This document shows positions 13,139-25,930 of a stretch of DNA of 64,000 bases, in pieces. The first letter of the stretch is position 1. Each line of letters starts with the position of its first letter. This DNA comes from Eledone cirrhosa. Taxonomy: Eukaryota. The translations under genes were made by a program, and so were the position numbers. A model generated the notes under the pieces. It was not told the origin of the DNA. It saw only the letters and a program-made list of their open reading frames with translations, and ran no database searches. The stretch lies in contig OZ024742.1 in assembly GCA_964016885.1 (NCBI GenBank), forward strand, positions 184,388,001 to 184,452,000, written 5' to 3'.

Positions 13139-13793
13139 CATTCAGTTTAGTTTGTGAAGGACAGCTCCAGACAATGTAAATTTGAATAAAATATTTTTAA
13201 CAATTTTTTGAAAAATGCAAAAATTGATTATGGCCCAGAGCAGTAAAATACCAAAAAATGGCACTGGCACTCAAGAATTAAGAAACACTCAGCCATGAAA
13301 ATACCTGTTCCAGATCATTGTTTAACATGTGCTTTCCATGTTGGCATGGGCTAGATGGGTTTTCCCAGTCCAAGACTTAGACAAGTCGGAGAGACCACAT
13401 CTTGTTTCTATGGTCAGATGCCTTTCATAACACCAAACATTTTACATAGTGTCCTGGGTGCATCTTACTTCAGAACCAGCATTATAAAGTTTGTTATGTA
13501 TTTGGCAAGTCTGAAGAGTCCTCTCTATCCTATATGGTCTAAAAAAATAATTGACACATAAAATCCAATATATATAAAATATATGTTGAAATGGAAAAAT
13601 ATTGCCTTTTAAATACCAAAGACAGTAAACATCATCAACATTATGTCACCTTTTTCTTGATGGCATGGATTGGGTGGGATCTTCTGAGGCAGAGGTTTAT
13701 GGCTAGATGCCTTTCTTGATGCTAATCCTTTTAGTTAGTTACCTCTTACAAGTAAAAACTTAAGTAACATTGACTTAAAGTATGATATATTAA

Positions 13794-14048
13794 CCCTTTT
13801 GACACAAAACTTCCTGAAGCTGCCTCTGGGGTTCTATGATATATAATTGTTTATTTTAAAGTATTTAGATTTATTTTAAAATCTATCTTAATATTATGTA
13901 AGAACCTTTATTAAGTTATGTTCAAAGCACCAGCCTAATAATGATAATGTTGGTTATATTATTAAATCTCTCCAATTTCTTGATTATTTGATAAATTATT
14001 TGATAATCATAGGCAGTATGTTTTATTAGAAATATGGTGATGAAAGGG
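13794..14048. mobile_element. piggyBac-like TTAA MITE (related copies near 5840-6000, 5998-6930, 7300-7490, 7625-7860, 8820-9018)
   Basis: TTAA|CCCTTT...AAAGGG|TTGA termini; family repeated several times in 5.8-9.0 kb. Confidence 0.7.
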
Positions 14049-14058
14049 TTGAACATAC

Positions 14059-14169
14059 ATTTAGCTTAGTAAGCAAATCCAAGAGATTTTTAGGTGGAGC
14101 GATTACTGACTGATTCAATTTCATAACAAAACATGTGCGAATGTCTTTGTCCACAATGGTCGTAAAGTT
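14059..14169 (-). CDS. ITM2B: ITM2 exon 4 (BRICHOS, NFTTIVDKDIRTCFVMKLNQSVIAPPKNLLDLLTKLN)
   Basis: TTTTCAG acceptor, GTATGT donor, 111 nt. Matches the ITM2 pattern T...D....C....LN.S...PP.N...LL. Not in the ORF track. Confidence 0.93.
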
Positions 14170-14788
14170 CTGAAAATATAAATTAAAAAGCAAGTCATTT
14201 CATAAATACCTTATAATTTCAAAATTAAATAATTCTGGACAAAACCAAGTAGGAGACCCAGGGGTAGACCACAAGCAAAATAGTTGGAAAACATCCATGA
14301 ACTCGCTTGGTGATCCAGCCAGATCAACTGAAGACAATTATTTCTGAATAAACCTCCTGGATGGCATGTTTGAGAACTGTCCCCACAACCCCCCAAGGAA
14401 TATGTAGGAAAAGAAGAAAGAATTCTAAATTATCTTTTTGAATTCAATTTTACTTGATATTTATCCTTTGTCATCATCATTTTACATCCGCATTCCATGC
14501 CTGAATGACTTGTCAGTCCGAGATCAGATGGATCAGAGCAACCTCATCTTGCTCAATACATTCCATATTTAGCATGATTTCATAATGCCAACCACATTAC
14601 TGAGTGTACTGAGTGTGTTTTTTCATGACATCAGCATTCCCACTTTACAGAGTGAGAGTAGATATTTTAAATGGATGTTAAAAACAAGACACTTTTTTTC
14701 TCATAAAACATTGAAGATATATATATTTCTACACATCATTTGCTAAGCCTTAGTGGATTCAAAAATTCAACACAGAATAATGAAAACG

Positions 14789-14821
<33 letters not shown>

Positions 14822-15536
14822 AATTTACAGCTTATATCTATGCACGTTTAGCTGACCCCCTACTATGTATCTCATAGGAGGTTTCTTGAGTGATACCCCA
14901 ATCCTATCGTGAAAAGCAACATGAAATGAAGCATCTTGCTTAAGATGCACTGCCCATGACTTTATGACTCACCAGCCTAACCATTAGGGCAAGCAACCAA
15001 GAAAATAATACAAAAATTGTGCTAAGGAAAAATTAATCAGAAAAACAAAGAATTTTTGTATGCAATGTCACATAAGGAAGGACAGAAAGGTAGACAGACA
15101 TATCCGAGATACAAGCCATCGTTTGTATGAATATGTGTGCGTGTGTGTATATATATATATATAATCCATAAATCTTGGAGTCATAAAAGAACTGTCTTGA
15201 CACTTGGGTACTTTAAACCTGGCAGAGACCATCCCCTCTCTAGCCAATTCCTTCCAGATTAGGAGAGAGGAAGTGAGAAAGAGAAACAGAGAAAGAATCA
15301 AACCCAGTACTGGACTGGTACTTTTTTATCAACCTTAAAAAGATGAGAGGCAAAGCTGACCTAAGCAGGATTTGAAATCAAAGAATGCAGAGAGTTGGAA
15401 CAAATACTGCAAAGCATTCTAACTGATGCTCTAACAACTCTGCCAATTTACTGCACATGGGCTGTAGTTTACCAGCTCCTGAAGTATACAATGGATAATC
15501 TATAACAAATGTTTTTAAATGCGCAGAAATACTCAC

Positions 15537-15773
15537 CCTTTCAAAATCATGGAAAATGACTGCATCTTTGCAGTCATCAAATTTGGGGATTTCGACTCGT
15601 TCAAAATAGTTGTCAATGACTTCAACATTTTCCTCAAAGAATGATACAGCATGAAGGTTTGGTTCTCCATGTCCGTGGGAATGAAATTTGTTGGTCATTG
15701 GTGATGCAGATTGTTTGTAATTTCGCATAAGCACATCCTGAACATAAGTCACTCCACATTTACCTCTCACTAC
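15537..15773 (-). CDS. ITM2B: ITM2 exon 3 (linker + BRICHOS start, VVRGKCGVTY...ERVEIPKFDDCKDAVIFHDFER)
   Basis: CTTCCAG acceptor, GTGAGT donor, 237 nt, phase 0-0. CGVxY and P.F....A...HDF motifs of ITM2. Confidence 0.93.
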
Positions 15774-16918
15774 CTGGAAGAGATATTACCATCAATCGTT
15801 AACATTTGTTTTTTACTTTACACTTAAATATAAAAATGTTTTCAAATAAAAATAAATTTTGTTGAACCTATTCACAATGGTTTCTAATTTACACACAAGG
15901 CCAGCAATTCTGAGGAGAAAAGTGGATTAGTTGAGCCCAGTACTTGACTGATACTTTATTTTACAACCTTGAACTGAGAACATAAAAAGCTGGTACAATT
16001 AATGCAAAGCATATTTCCTGGCACTCTAAGGATTCTGCCATTTCACTGCCCTGGTATCTATTTATAATAGAAAAAAATATATATAACAAAAAAAATTTGA
16101 AATCTCTCAATGCCCTGTACCACCTGAAACCACATTTTAAGACTGTCTTAAAAAGTACAAAACAACACTGACTGCATTACATTACTCTAATACTGTAATT
16201 TTTCACAATAATCTGTCCACTGATACCATCAACATTTGAATTAACAAACCGCAGGGCATTAATAATTAAAGACTTTAATATTCTGAATTTTCACAATCTG
16301 TCTACTAATAAAGATACTATAAACATTTGAATCAACAAACCACATCAAACTATATTGGCAAGGCATTTTTTAAAAGTACAAGATGACAACATCATATTAT
16401 ATATTAAAGACTTTACTCTAATACTACAAATTTTCACCAGACAATACAAATCCTGAAAATATTTGAATTAACCAACCTGTTTTTTTTAGATATTTTCTGC
16501 TAAATCATTACAGTATGTTACGAGTTAAAGTGATTCTTTTTCCACATTTTACATAATTTTTACAAAATGCAGGACATTTTGACATGCTTATATTCAACAT
16601 TCCCTCTAAGTTGTGCAGATGTATGGATGCAGTCACTCTATAAGTGCAACACATATAAAACTGTTGCCACTCAGTACTTTCTGCTAAATCATTACAGAGA
16701 TAATACTGCAAATTTTCACAATGATCTGTCTACCAGTAAGATGCTATAAACATCTAAATTAACAAACACATTTTAGATATTTTCTGCTGAACCATCTATG
16801 AATGTTAAGAGATAAAGTACAAATTTTCACAATGATTTATCCACTAGTAGGATACTATAAACATTTGAATTAGCAAACCTATTTTAAATATTTTCTGCTA
16901 AATAAATACTTTACTCAC

Positions 16919-17086
16919 CTTATGTCTAAAGTGGGTGTACAAGAAAATGCCACCAACAATACCAGCAGCAAGGACCATGAGGGAGAAAAACAGTAAACTT
17001 AGATTGAAGCATGTCTTTGATCTAGTTGGAATCTTCACATGGTATGGAGGTTTTGCAGCTTCTGCTTCCTTTCCCTTGGACCCTGT
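16919..17086 (-). CDS. ITM2B: ITM2 exon 2 (transmembrane helix, TGSKGKE...LSLLFFSLMVLAAGIVGGIFLYTHFRHK)
   Basis: TTTTCAG acceptor, GTGAGT donor, 168 nt, phase 0-0, single hydrophobic TM segment. Confidence 0.9.
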
Positions 17087-18769
17087 CTGAAAAGTGGAGA
17101 AAAAACATGTTTTAAGAAATACTAATATATCCCCATACAATAAGCATTATTTGAAGAACATGACATAACATTAAAAATCAAATAAAAGTATATGTTTGTT
17201 AATAACAAAAATAAAGAATAGGAAAAAGAATATAATTTTTTAGGCTAAACACTTAAAATAAAATGCCTGAAATTGCACCTGGTTCTACAATACAAAGGTG
17301 TTATCATTTAACACCTATTTTCTCAACTATTAAGGGTGGACGGATTATTTCAAACAAAGTATTTTATTGGAATAACCAACTTTTCAGACAGACAGGATCT
17401 GCATTTTGCTTACATATGTACCTACATCCAAGAGTGCACCAAGTGAATTTTATCATGTCACCAGCACTAGGGAGGTTGTCATTTTTTTTATACAACTGAA
17501 AAATAGATATCCATTAAACCATACATATAAATATAAACTGTGAGTTGAACTTTCTCACTATATTTACCTAGTTCGATTTATTTTTTTATAGTTTGCTGTA
17601 CTGTATTTGTTTTCTATTTGAAAGCACAATGGTTGAGTGCTTTTGGCAATAGTCTTATTTTTTCAAATGCTACAACCACTTGCCCCTAGCAACTGAGTGT
17701 GTAGGACTCCATTTTTGTCTTTCCATCACAGGGAGGCAAACTCCCGCTGATTAACCAGCCCCATACCTAATTACATAATGTGTACTATCATTACCTAATA
17801 TTCTGCACATAGCTGCAGCTTTCGGTGCACTGCCAGTAGATTGAAACCGCAGAAACTGTTGCAGCAGTCCGGGTATCTAAACATCTTACCCACACAAAGC
17901 TGTCTTCCTCATTAACAAAAGTGTGCACACTGGCCAGCTGGGTTCAAATTTTAATAATACAAACTTAATTGATCATTGAGTGAATGAGGAAACAACTGAA
18001 GCTATGTCCATTCTATTCAACTTGCTTCATCTCTTAATTAAATATATATATCGACTGAAACCAGTTCTAAAAATTGTTTTTTAAAAAATGTTTTTCAATT
18101 TTTCTATGATAAAATTCCATTAGCATTTTCTACTGTTTTCTAAGTTTCCTAATATATAACAACTCGTGTGTCATTTCTCAACATTCTAAATATAATATAT
18201 ATATATATTGTAAAAACATTGATTTAATTCAATTCGAGAACTCAACATCCATTTTCCCCATTGGAGTGACGGAGTATTTTTAGAATAAGGAAATACAAAG
18301 TTTAAATGATAAAGTCCTTTATTGATAAGGCCGTGATACATATTTTGATTCGGCGTAGTACCAGTGCCATGATCTCTTCAGACAGCCTCTTACATAATAA
18401 GGTTACAATCAAAGAGGTAAACCAAAGATTGAAGTGACAAGGGAACAGACAAATAGCAATGTTATTGAATCGAATGCCCGTTCACCATCATTTTACATCC
18501 ATTTTCCATGCTGGGATGGTTTGAATTGGTCTTAATGGTCCCAAAACAAAACATAGTTGGATAATTACATCATGCACATACATTCCATATTTTGGCATGG
18601 TTTCTACAGTTGGATGCCCTTCATAATGCCAACCACTTTACAGGGTGAACTGGGTGTATTTTTTCATGGCATCAGTATTTTATCATGACAAAAAGCACCC
18701 AGACCACATTGTAAGGTGGTCGTGAAGGTGTCATACCAAAAAGCACCCAGTACACACTGTATAAGTCAT

Positions 18770-19080
18770 AACAGGAGTTTATGGAAAATTCTTTATGTGG
18801 ATGATCTGGTTCTTATAGCTGAATCCATAGAACTAGAGAATAAATTCCGACTGTGGAAACAGAATTTACAATCAAAAGGGCTGAAAGTAAAATTAGAAAA
18901 AACTGAAGTGTTAGTAAGCAAGAAAGAAGAGAGAACCCTGCTCAATATGTAGAAAAGGAGTAGGCATAAACTCTATATAATGCACACAATGTAAATCTTG
19001 GGTACATAAGAGGTGTAGTTGGATAACAGGCAGACTAACAGGAAAGGAAAACTTTGTATGTACTAAATGCACAGAGAAAT
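18770..19080 (+). mobile_element. RTE LINE internal fragment
   Basis: [36 protein letters not shown] plus zinc-finger region. Confidence 0.85.
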
Positions 19081-20418
19081 TTCCTTGCTTGCAAGGGTGG
19101 GATGGGTCCTTTTCAGCACAGCATCTTTCCATTCGTCACGGTCCTTTGTCATCTCCTGTGAGCTTCAGTGATCTGAGGTCAGCTCTCACCACCTCTACCC
19201 ATGTTTTTCACAGTCATCCTCTACTGCATCTTCCTTCCACCAGGATTTCTTGGCACTTCTTCACCCAGCGGTCAACTTCCATGCGCATCACATGGCCATA
19301 CCAATGCAGTCTTCTCTCCTGCACACTACAGTTTATCCCTCTTATACAGTTTTACTCTCAACTCGTCTATATTTGGTCGTTAACACACATTGACATTGCA
19401 CATCCATTGGAGCATGCTTGCTTCATTTCTCTCCAACCGTTGCATATCCTCCACAGTTGCTACCCATGTCTCACTACCATGCAGCATTGTGCATCTCACA
19501 CAGGCATCATATAACCGACCTTTCGTTCATAAGGAGAAACCCTTCATTGTCAACAGAGGAAGCAGCACCATAAACTTCCATCCTGTCCTTATTCTAAATA
19601 CTATGGCCTCGGAGCATCCTCCTCTCTTGCTAATCTGATCACCTAGGTATCGGAAGCTATCAACCACCTCTATCGATCCTACCAGCATTTAAAAAATGTG
19701 CCTATCACTGACACTTCTACTATCAAATTTCCCTGACTATCTATTAGAAATAAAGTTTTTCCTTCCTGTTAGTTTGCCTGCTATCCCACTACACCTCTTG
19801 TGTACCCAAGATCTACATTGTGTACATTCTATAGAGTTTATGCCAACACCTTTTCTACATATCGAACATGGCCATTTTCCTGATGGAATCACAGTTTTGT
19901 CCTCCTTCCTACTTATCAACACTTTAGTCTTTGTTAGGTTCACACTCAGTCCTCTTGATTCCAACTGCTGTTTCCATAGCCGGAATTTATTCTCTAGCTC
20001 CTCTACTGATTCTGCTATAAGTACCAGATCGTCAGCATAGAGAAGTTCCCATGGGCAACCAGTCTTAAACTCCTCTGTTATGGCTTGGAGAACTATAATG
20101 AATAAGAGTGGACCGAGGACCGAATCCTGATGAACTCCTACTTGTATCTGGAATTCCTCACTAAACTCCATTCCTATTCTCACTTTACTGACAGCTCCTC
20201 TGTCCATAGCTTGCACTGTCCTCACAAGACATTCTTCTACACCTAGTTTCCTTAGGGACCACCAGATGACATATCAGGGTACACTATCAAAGGCCTTCTC
20301 TAGATCAACAAAAGCTAAATATAGTGGCTTATTCTTCTCTAAGAACCTCTCTTGTAGTTGTTTCACTAAGAAGTGGGCATCTGTTGTACTTTTCCCAGGC
20401 ATAAAACCAAACTGCATC
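19081..20418 (-). mobile_element. RTE LINE, 5'-truncated, degenerate
   Basis: MQFGFMPGKSTTDA...LAFVDLEKAFD...GVHQDSVLGPLLF...ELLYADD...CSICRKG through to the 3' tail. Confidence 0.92.
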
Positions 20419-20439
20419 AGTGATATAAAACTTTTTCAA

Positions 20440-20860
20440 TAACATGAAGGATCCATAGAAGTGGTTGATAGCTTCTGCTACCAAGGTGATCTAATAAGTA
20501 GTGGATAAGGGTGCTCCGAGAGCATAAAAGCTAGAATAAAGATAGGATGGATGAAGTTTAGAGAGCTACACCCTCTGTTGACAACAAAAGATTTCTCCTT
20601 ACAAATAAAAGGATGGCTGAATGACACCTGTGTGTGAAGTGTGATGCTGAATGTGAAACATTAGCAACAACTGCAGAGGACATGCATAGACTGGGGAGAA
20701 ATGTAGTAACCATGCTTTGATGGAAATGCAATGTTAATGTAAGAGAACAATAGAGCTTGGATGAATTGAGAGAAAAACTAGGTATATGAGGAGACAGATA
20801 TAGTGTGCAAGAGAGATGACTGTTGGTATGGAGATGTGATGTACATGGATGATAATTGTT
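20440..20860 (+). mobile_element. RTE LINE 3' fragment, old
   Basis: GSIEVVDSFCY...ARIKIGWMKFREL... homologous to the other copies. Confidence 0.8.
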
Positions 20861-21975
20861 GAGTGTTGGGTTACAGAGGCGACTTTGAGAAGAGGGTGTA
20901 ACAACTGTAGTTAAGAATGAGGAGTAGAGGAAGGGGTTAGATCCATAAGATTGGTGGGTGCTTGTTGTAAGACCTGCTTGCTCATGAAATTATCATGTAG
21001 GTAACTGAGCATTCCATCAACATGTGCACCCTTAATATAGTTCTCAGGGCAATTTAACTTCACAAGGTTAGCCACTTGAAATACAAGTACAGACGAGTGA
21101 ACTGGAACAATGTAAAATAAAGTATCTTGTTCAAAAACCTGTCATGTGGCCTATAAAACAAACTCACAACATTATGACCGTGAGCCAAACAGCCTAACCA
21201 CTAAGCCATACATGTGAAAGTAAATTTGATATAACTTTTTTGTTGTGGCATTAAAAAACTGGATCATTGTTTTTTATACCAACATCAGTATTATATACTT
21301 AAATGTCTTTTGAATTTGAACTTCACATGAAAATGGCATGCCCTATATATAATGTGATGTAAGTGGGGATATTCACTTTGAATAATTGTTTCTACTTTAG
21401 GCACAAGGCCAGCAATTATCCAGTGCATTACTGGTACTTTATTTTATCGACCCCGTAAGGATGAAAGGCAAAGTCAACCTCGGCGGGAGAAATTAACAAG
21501 TCGTAAAAAAGATTCTAATTGCTTTGTGTCCTTTGGCAATTCTACATCCCTAAATGAGAAATCACACAGCTTATTCATTAATGAAGAGCACTATTATCAG
21601 CCTGAACTAAGACTCAGTGAATATCAAAGCCGTGGACTTACATAGCAGCTCCATCTGCTCAAGAGACAGTTTTACATCCATAATTCTCATTACTAAACAA
21701 TAGTTTCATGATATACATTCATTTTTCAGTCTACATTTCCTATATCAAGTGTAAAACTAATAATATATTTCTTCATTGTACTGTGTTGTTTGCTTTGTTA
21801 TTTCTGTTAGCCTTTTGCATATATATATATAGGGAAAAAAGATGAAATTGAAAAAGCAACATTTTCGATTTCATCTTTTTTCCTTATACATTCACTCGTG
21901 TAGGACGTCTGGTTTTTTTTTTTCATTTTGTAGAAAAAAAAAAAAAAAAATCTCATTTTCTAATATATATATATA

Positions 21976-23426
21976 CTAACAGCTGAGCCCGGTTGCACTT
22001 TTTATTAAGTTAATAATTTGAAAAATAAGTTATTAAGTTAATAATTTGAAGTTTCCGCCAAACGTGAGCGTTGTGGTTGAATGAGCTGAGAAGAAAGACG
22101 GGACTCCCTTGCCTCTGAAGTCTCCTCCAGAATTGTGCTTTGGTGCTGATGGAGCTGCTCATAAGGAGAGGTTGCCTAAATGGGTAAAAAAAAAAATAAC
22201 CGACATGGATGTGATCTATTAGCTGTGTGTGGGCATCTTATTCAACATTATAATGGAAAAACAATATTAAAAGACATGAAGGCGAATTAGCCATCGAAGT
22301 AGTTATAAAAGGATAATAGCAATAACTGTAAATGTAGAAGGTGATAGTTTATTAACAGCGAAATAGCAATGTCGATGATATGCAAGTTTAAAAATGCAGA
22401 TTATGAAGGTTTGTATGATAGTTTATACTTTGATTGCCCTGGTCAGCAAGAGGGGCCTCTATATATTAGACGTTTATTAGAAGAGGGGGAAATAACTAAC
22501 CCCAGTATTAGAACAGGGGGTTCGCAATGTAAGGGTTTTATTTCTTTTGTTAGAAAACAGTGACCTTTTTCGGTTTGGCATTTCGCAAAATTCTACTGCA
22601 GAATCGATTTCATAAAACGGTACTGTACGATCGTTATAGAAGTATTTAAATTTAATATAGAGCAACTGTAATTGAAAAATGAAAATGAAACGTACTGTAG
22701 AAGGCAACAGTTTATTAACAGCGAAATAACGTTGTCTTTGATATGTTATTTTAAATAAGACAATGAATATTAAAAAAAAAACTGAATTAATTAACTCGGC
22801 AACCAAAGGGCTTATAGATCCCATTCATTAAGTTTACATGCATGTATTCTTTAAACTTTTCATTTGACTTTGAAAAATACTACTTACTGTTCGTGGTGGT
22901 TAATATGTATTAGAATTAAAATAAAAATGATATTGGAAAAAACGTACCTGAGAACACGCCTCCCTTTTTTGCAATTTAAGGGTTTTATTTCTTTTGATGG
23001 AAAACAGTGACTGTTTTCGGTTTGGCATTTCGTAAAATGGTACTGCAGAATCGATTTCATAAAACGGTACTGTATGTTAACAGCGAAAGAACGTTGTGTT
23101 TGATATGTTATGAAAAAATTGATGAGTTTAAAAATTTGTATGAAATTGTAAATAAGACAATGAATATTGAAACCGACTACGGAAAATAACTCATCCAAGT
23201 ATTAGAACAGGGGAAAATAACTCACCGAAAGCGATAGTAAATAGACCGTTTTGGGGTCCTAGGGACCACATTTTTCAAGTTAGAGATTTGAAACCTCGTC
23301 TATTTGCTTCCTTGGCACTTTTTACATAGGTGTGTAAATTTTCATGTCCGTCCGACTACGTCTACTACTATTTAACCGTGCACAACTGAATTTCAACCAC
23401 CACCCATTTCACAAATATATATTAGA
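21976..23426 (-). mobile_element. Non-autonomous Helitron-like element with internal duplication
   Basis: 5' A|TCTAATATATAT; 3' GCAACCGGGCTCAGCTGTTAG|T. Internal diverged direct repeat at about 22525-22770 vs 22970-23170. Confidence 0.5.
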
Positions 23427-23757
23427 TAAGGGGATCCAGCCATAGAAAACCCGCCAGACAGTCCTATACGAGCAAGACAACCAATCTTGCCTCACGTGGG
23501 ACAATTCCCGTCTAAACCCATGCTAGTGTGGAAGATAGACGTTAAACGATGATGATGATGAGTCTCTACCAGACTTAATGCCTGATAATTCCAATATTTT
23601 TATGATCTTATCTACCTGATATGTAGATTTTCAACAGTTTTTAGTAGAGAAATGGCCTTAAAACACCTGTAATGTGTTTGTTTTTAAATGCTAATTTCAT
23701 GAATATTTCAAGAATTTTCAATTTCCTTAGTCTTTTTTGTAGATTTAAACACTCTTT

Positions 23758-24244
23758 TAACTCTTATTGTCCTGTACCACATGAGACCCCATTAGCAAGA
23801 CATTCTTGCAAAGTACAAAACAGCACTATGACTGCATCATATTAAAAATTGAAATCTTTACTGAATTTTTTCATAATGATAATGTGAACTAAGAAACCAG
23901 TTTTTAGATATTTTTCTGTTAAATCATTACAGAATGTTAAGAGTTAAAGTGATCATTCATACTTTCTATTTTTTTAGTTTCAATCATCTGAAATTTAAAA
24001 ACCTCTTCAAATTGTTGAATGGATTCAAGCATGTATTAAATATTTAGCAGAAAAATATTTAAAAACAGGTTTGTTAATTCAAATGCTTATAGTATCTTTA
24101 CATGTGAACAGATTATTGTGAAAATTTGCAGTATTAGAGTAAAGATTTAATTTTGAATGTGATGCAACCATAGTGCTGTTTTGTACCTTCCTAGAATGTC
24201 TTGCTAATGTGGTTTCATGCAGTACAGGAATGTTAAGTGTTAAG
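23758..24244. mobile_element. Two TTAA-flanked MITE copies in inverted orientation (family also at 16100-16900)
   Basis: TTAACTCTT...AAGAGTTAA unit (23758-23947) followed by a reverse-complement copy ending TTAA at about 24244. Confidence 0.6.
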
Positions 24245-24439
24245 CTTCAGATAATTTGATGAAAGATATTCTGTTATCACACAAATGAGTTTAATAAACT
24301 GCATGTCATCTGTGTGTCTTATCTAAATTGTATTATCTTCTCACTTTGTCCTTTATTCCAGCTTCATCAAATTCATGCAATCTTTGAAAATAACTGATTA
24401 GATTCAGTCAGATTTGTTAAGAATCTGCATGATCTGATT

Positions 24440-25930
24440 CTATTCAGGATCATCCTATTGTAAGTCTTTGCTGAAATTTGCATAAGACTGATGTCTCTAC
24501 AGCTGGTGCAGATGATCAGATTACCTTTTGGGGGATTGGCACTATTCCTCATTTCTCAGGCCTGTGACCTTCAAAGGTTTCAATGTAGAAATCTCTTAGA
24601 AACTTGCAAGCTCTGAATAGTTTCCATTAAGCTCAGGAGCTTGTCTGGTTTCATTGCGTTTAGTGCAAAGTTCACTTCTACAGAGAGTTCAGTAATGCTT
24701 ATCTCTAGATGGACTTCAAATAATAAGTCATTTACTATGTCTGGCACACAAAGATTGTCAGCTGATAGGAGTTTGCTCCTTCCAAGTCTCAAGGCAGCCT
24801 TCCCCCTGGATATAGATCATATTCTTCCTCTTCATACCAGAAAATTATTTTAGCAGTTTTCAAACTTCTCTGGGTGTTGAAATGCTTAATGAACTCTTCA
24901 CAGGAAAAGTAGAATGTGAGTGAGCCGAAGGTGTCTGGTCTCTTTGATCGAGATAGTCCCCTCCCGGTTTGTCAATTGTTCTCGCAAGTTTGACATCTTC
25001 CCTTAGTGCCCTCCAGTAAAACTGTTTCTTACTGCTTCTCCTGTTTGAGGAAAGGCTGAATTTAACTCTGGCCATGGTGTGTCCTCCAGGGAGATTCTCT
25101 GGCTTCTTTCCTTTTTGTAATATGCCTTAATTATGCACTGCATAATCAGATGGGATAATGCTGAAAAATCTGCAAAATACCAGACAACCAGAGGAAGTTC
25201 TACCTGAACTGGCTTTTACAGATAACATAGCTCTGTTGGGAAACACGAGAAAAGAAGCAGAGGACATGTCACACAGAGTAGAGACTGCAGCACAGTCCAC
25301 TGGACTCTTCTTGAATGTTAAGAAGAAAAAAATTCATGCATCTCAAAACAATATCAAATAACTAAATGCATGCACTAGATAGTTCGGAGATTGAAGTAGA
25401 TGACTTCTTATACTTTGGCAGTTCCATGAACACAGAACATGATGTAAACAAGATAGGTGAGGTGTGGGAATGGGGTTTCTCAACTCCCTATCAAAGGAGC
25501 AGCTATCACTGATAAAAAAGACGAAAATGAGGCTATTAAAAGCAACGGTTGAGTCCATTCTCGACAGATGTGAGTCATGGACATTAACAAAAACCTTCAC
25601 AAAGAAGATCAATGAGACATATGTGCGAATGCTGAGAATGGGACAGACATCTGGAAAGCACATGTAGGAAATAAATCGCCCTATAGTCCATACACTTGGC
25701 TTCCTGGCACCATAGGATAGTGAGTGCGCTCTCATTAGCTGGATACGTGAAACATCACAACAAACTTGCTGTAAGAGTTCTTCTCTGAAAACCAGATGTA
25801 TGCAGACAAGTTGGGAGACCAAACATCACACTGAAGGATGTTCTTGAAGATGTCAAAGGATTGGAGGCAAGGGAAATTCACATGGCAATGCAGGACAGGG
25901 TGAGCTGGAGAAAGAATTTTGTTATAGCAC
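24440..25930. mobile_element. Old RTE-like LINE with inverted 5' part
   Basis: Plus strand from about 25078: G.LQGDSLA...LAFTDNIALL...GLFLNVKK...KMRLLKATVESIL...CESWTLT. Minus strand 24440-25075 carries ORF2-like linker sequence (EVNFALNAMKPDK). Confidence 0.65.

Noticed and set aside
15068-15301. 77-aa ORF as an extra ITM2 exon
   Set aside because: No ITM2 similarity; exons 3 and 4 already join seamlessly (HDFER-NFTT).
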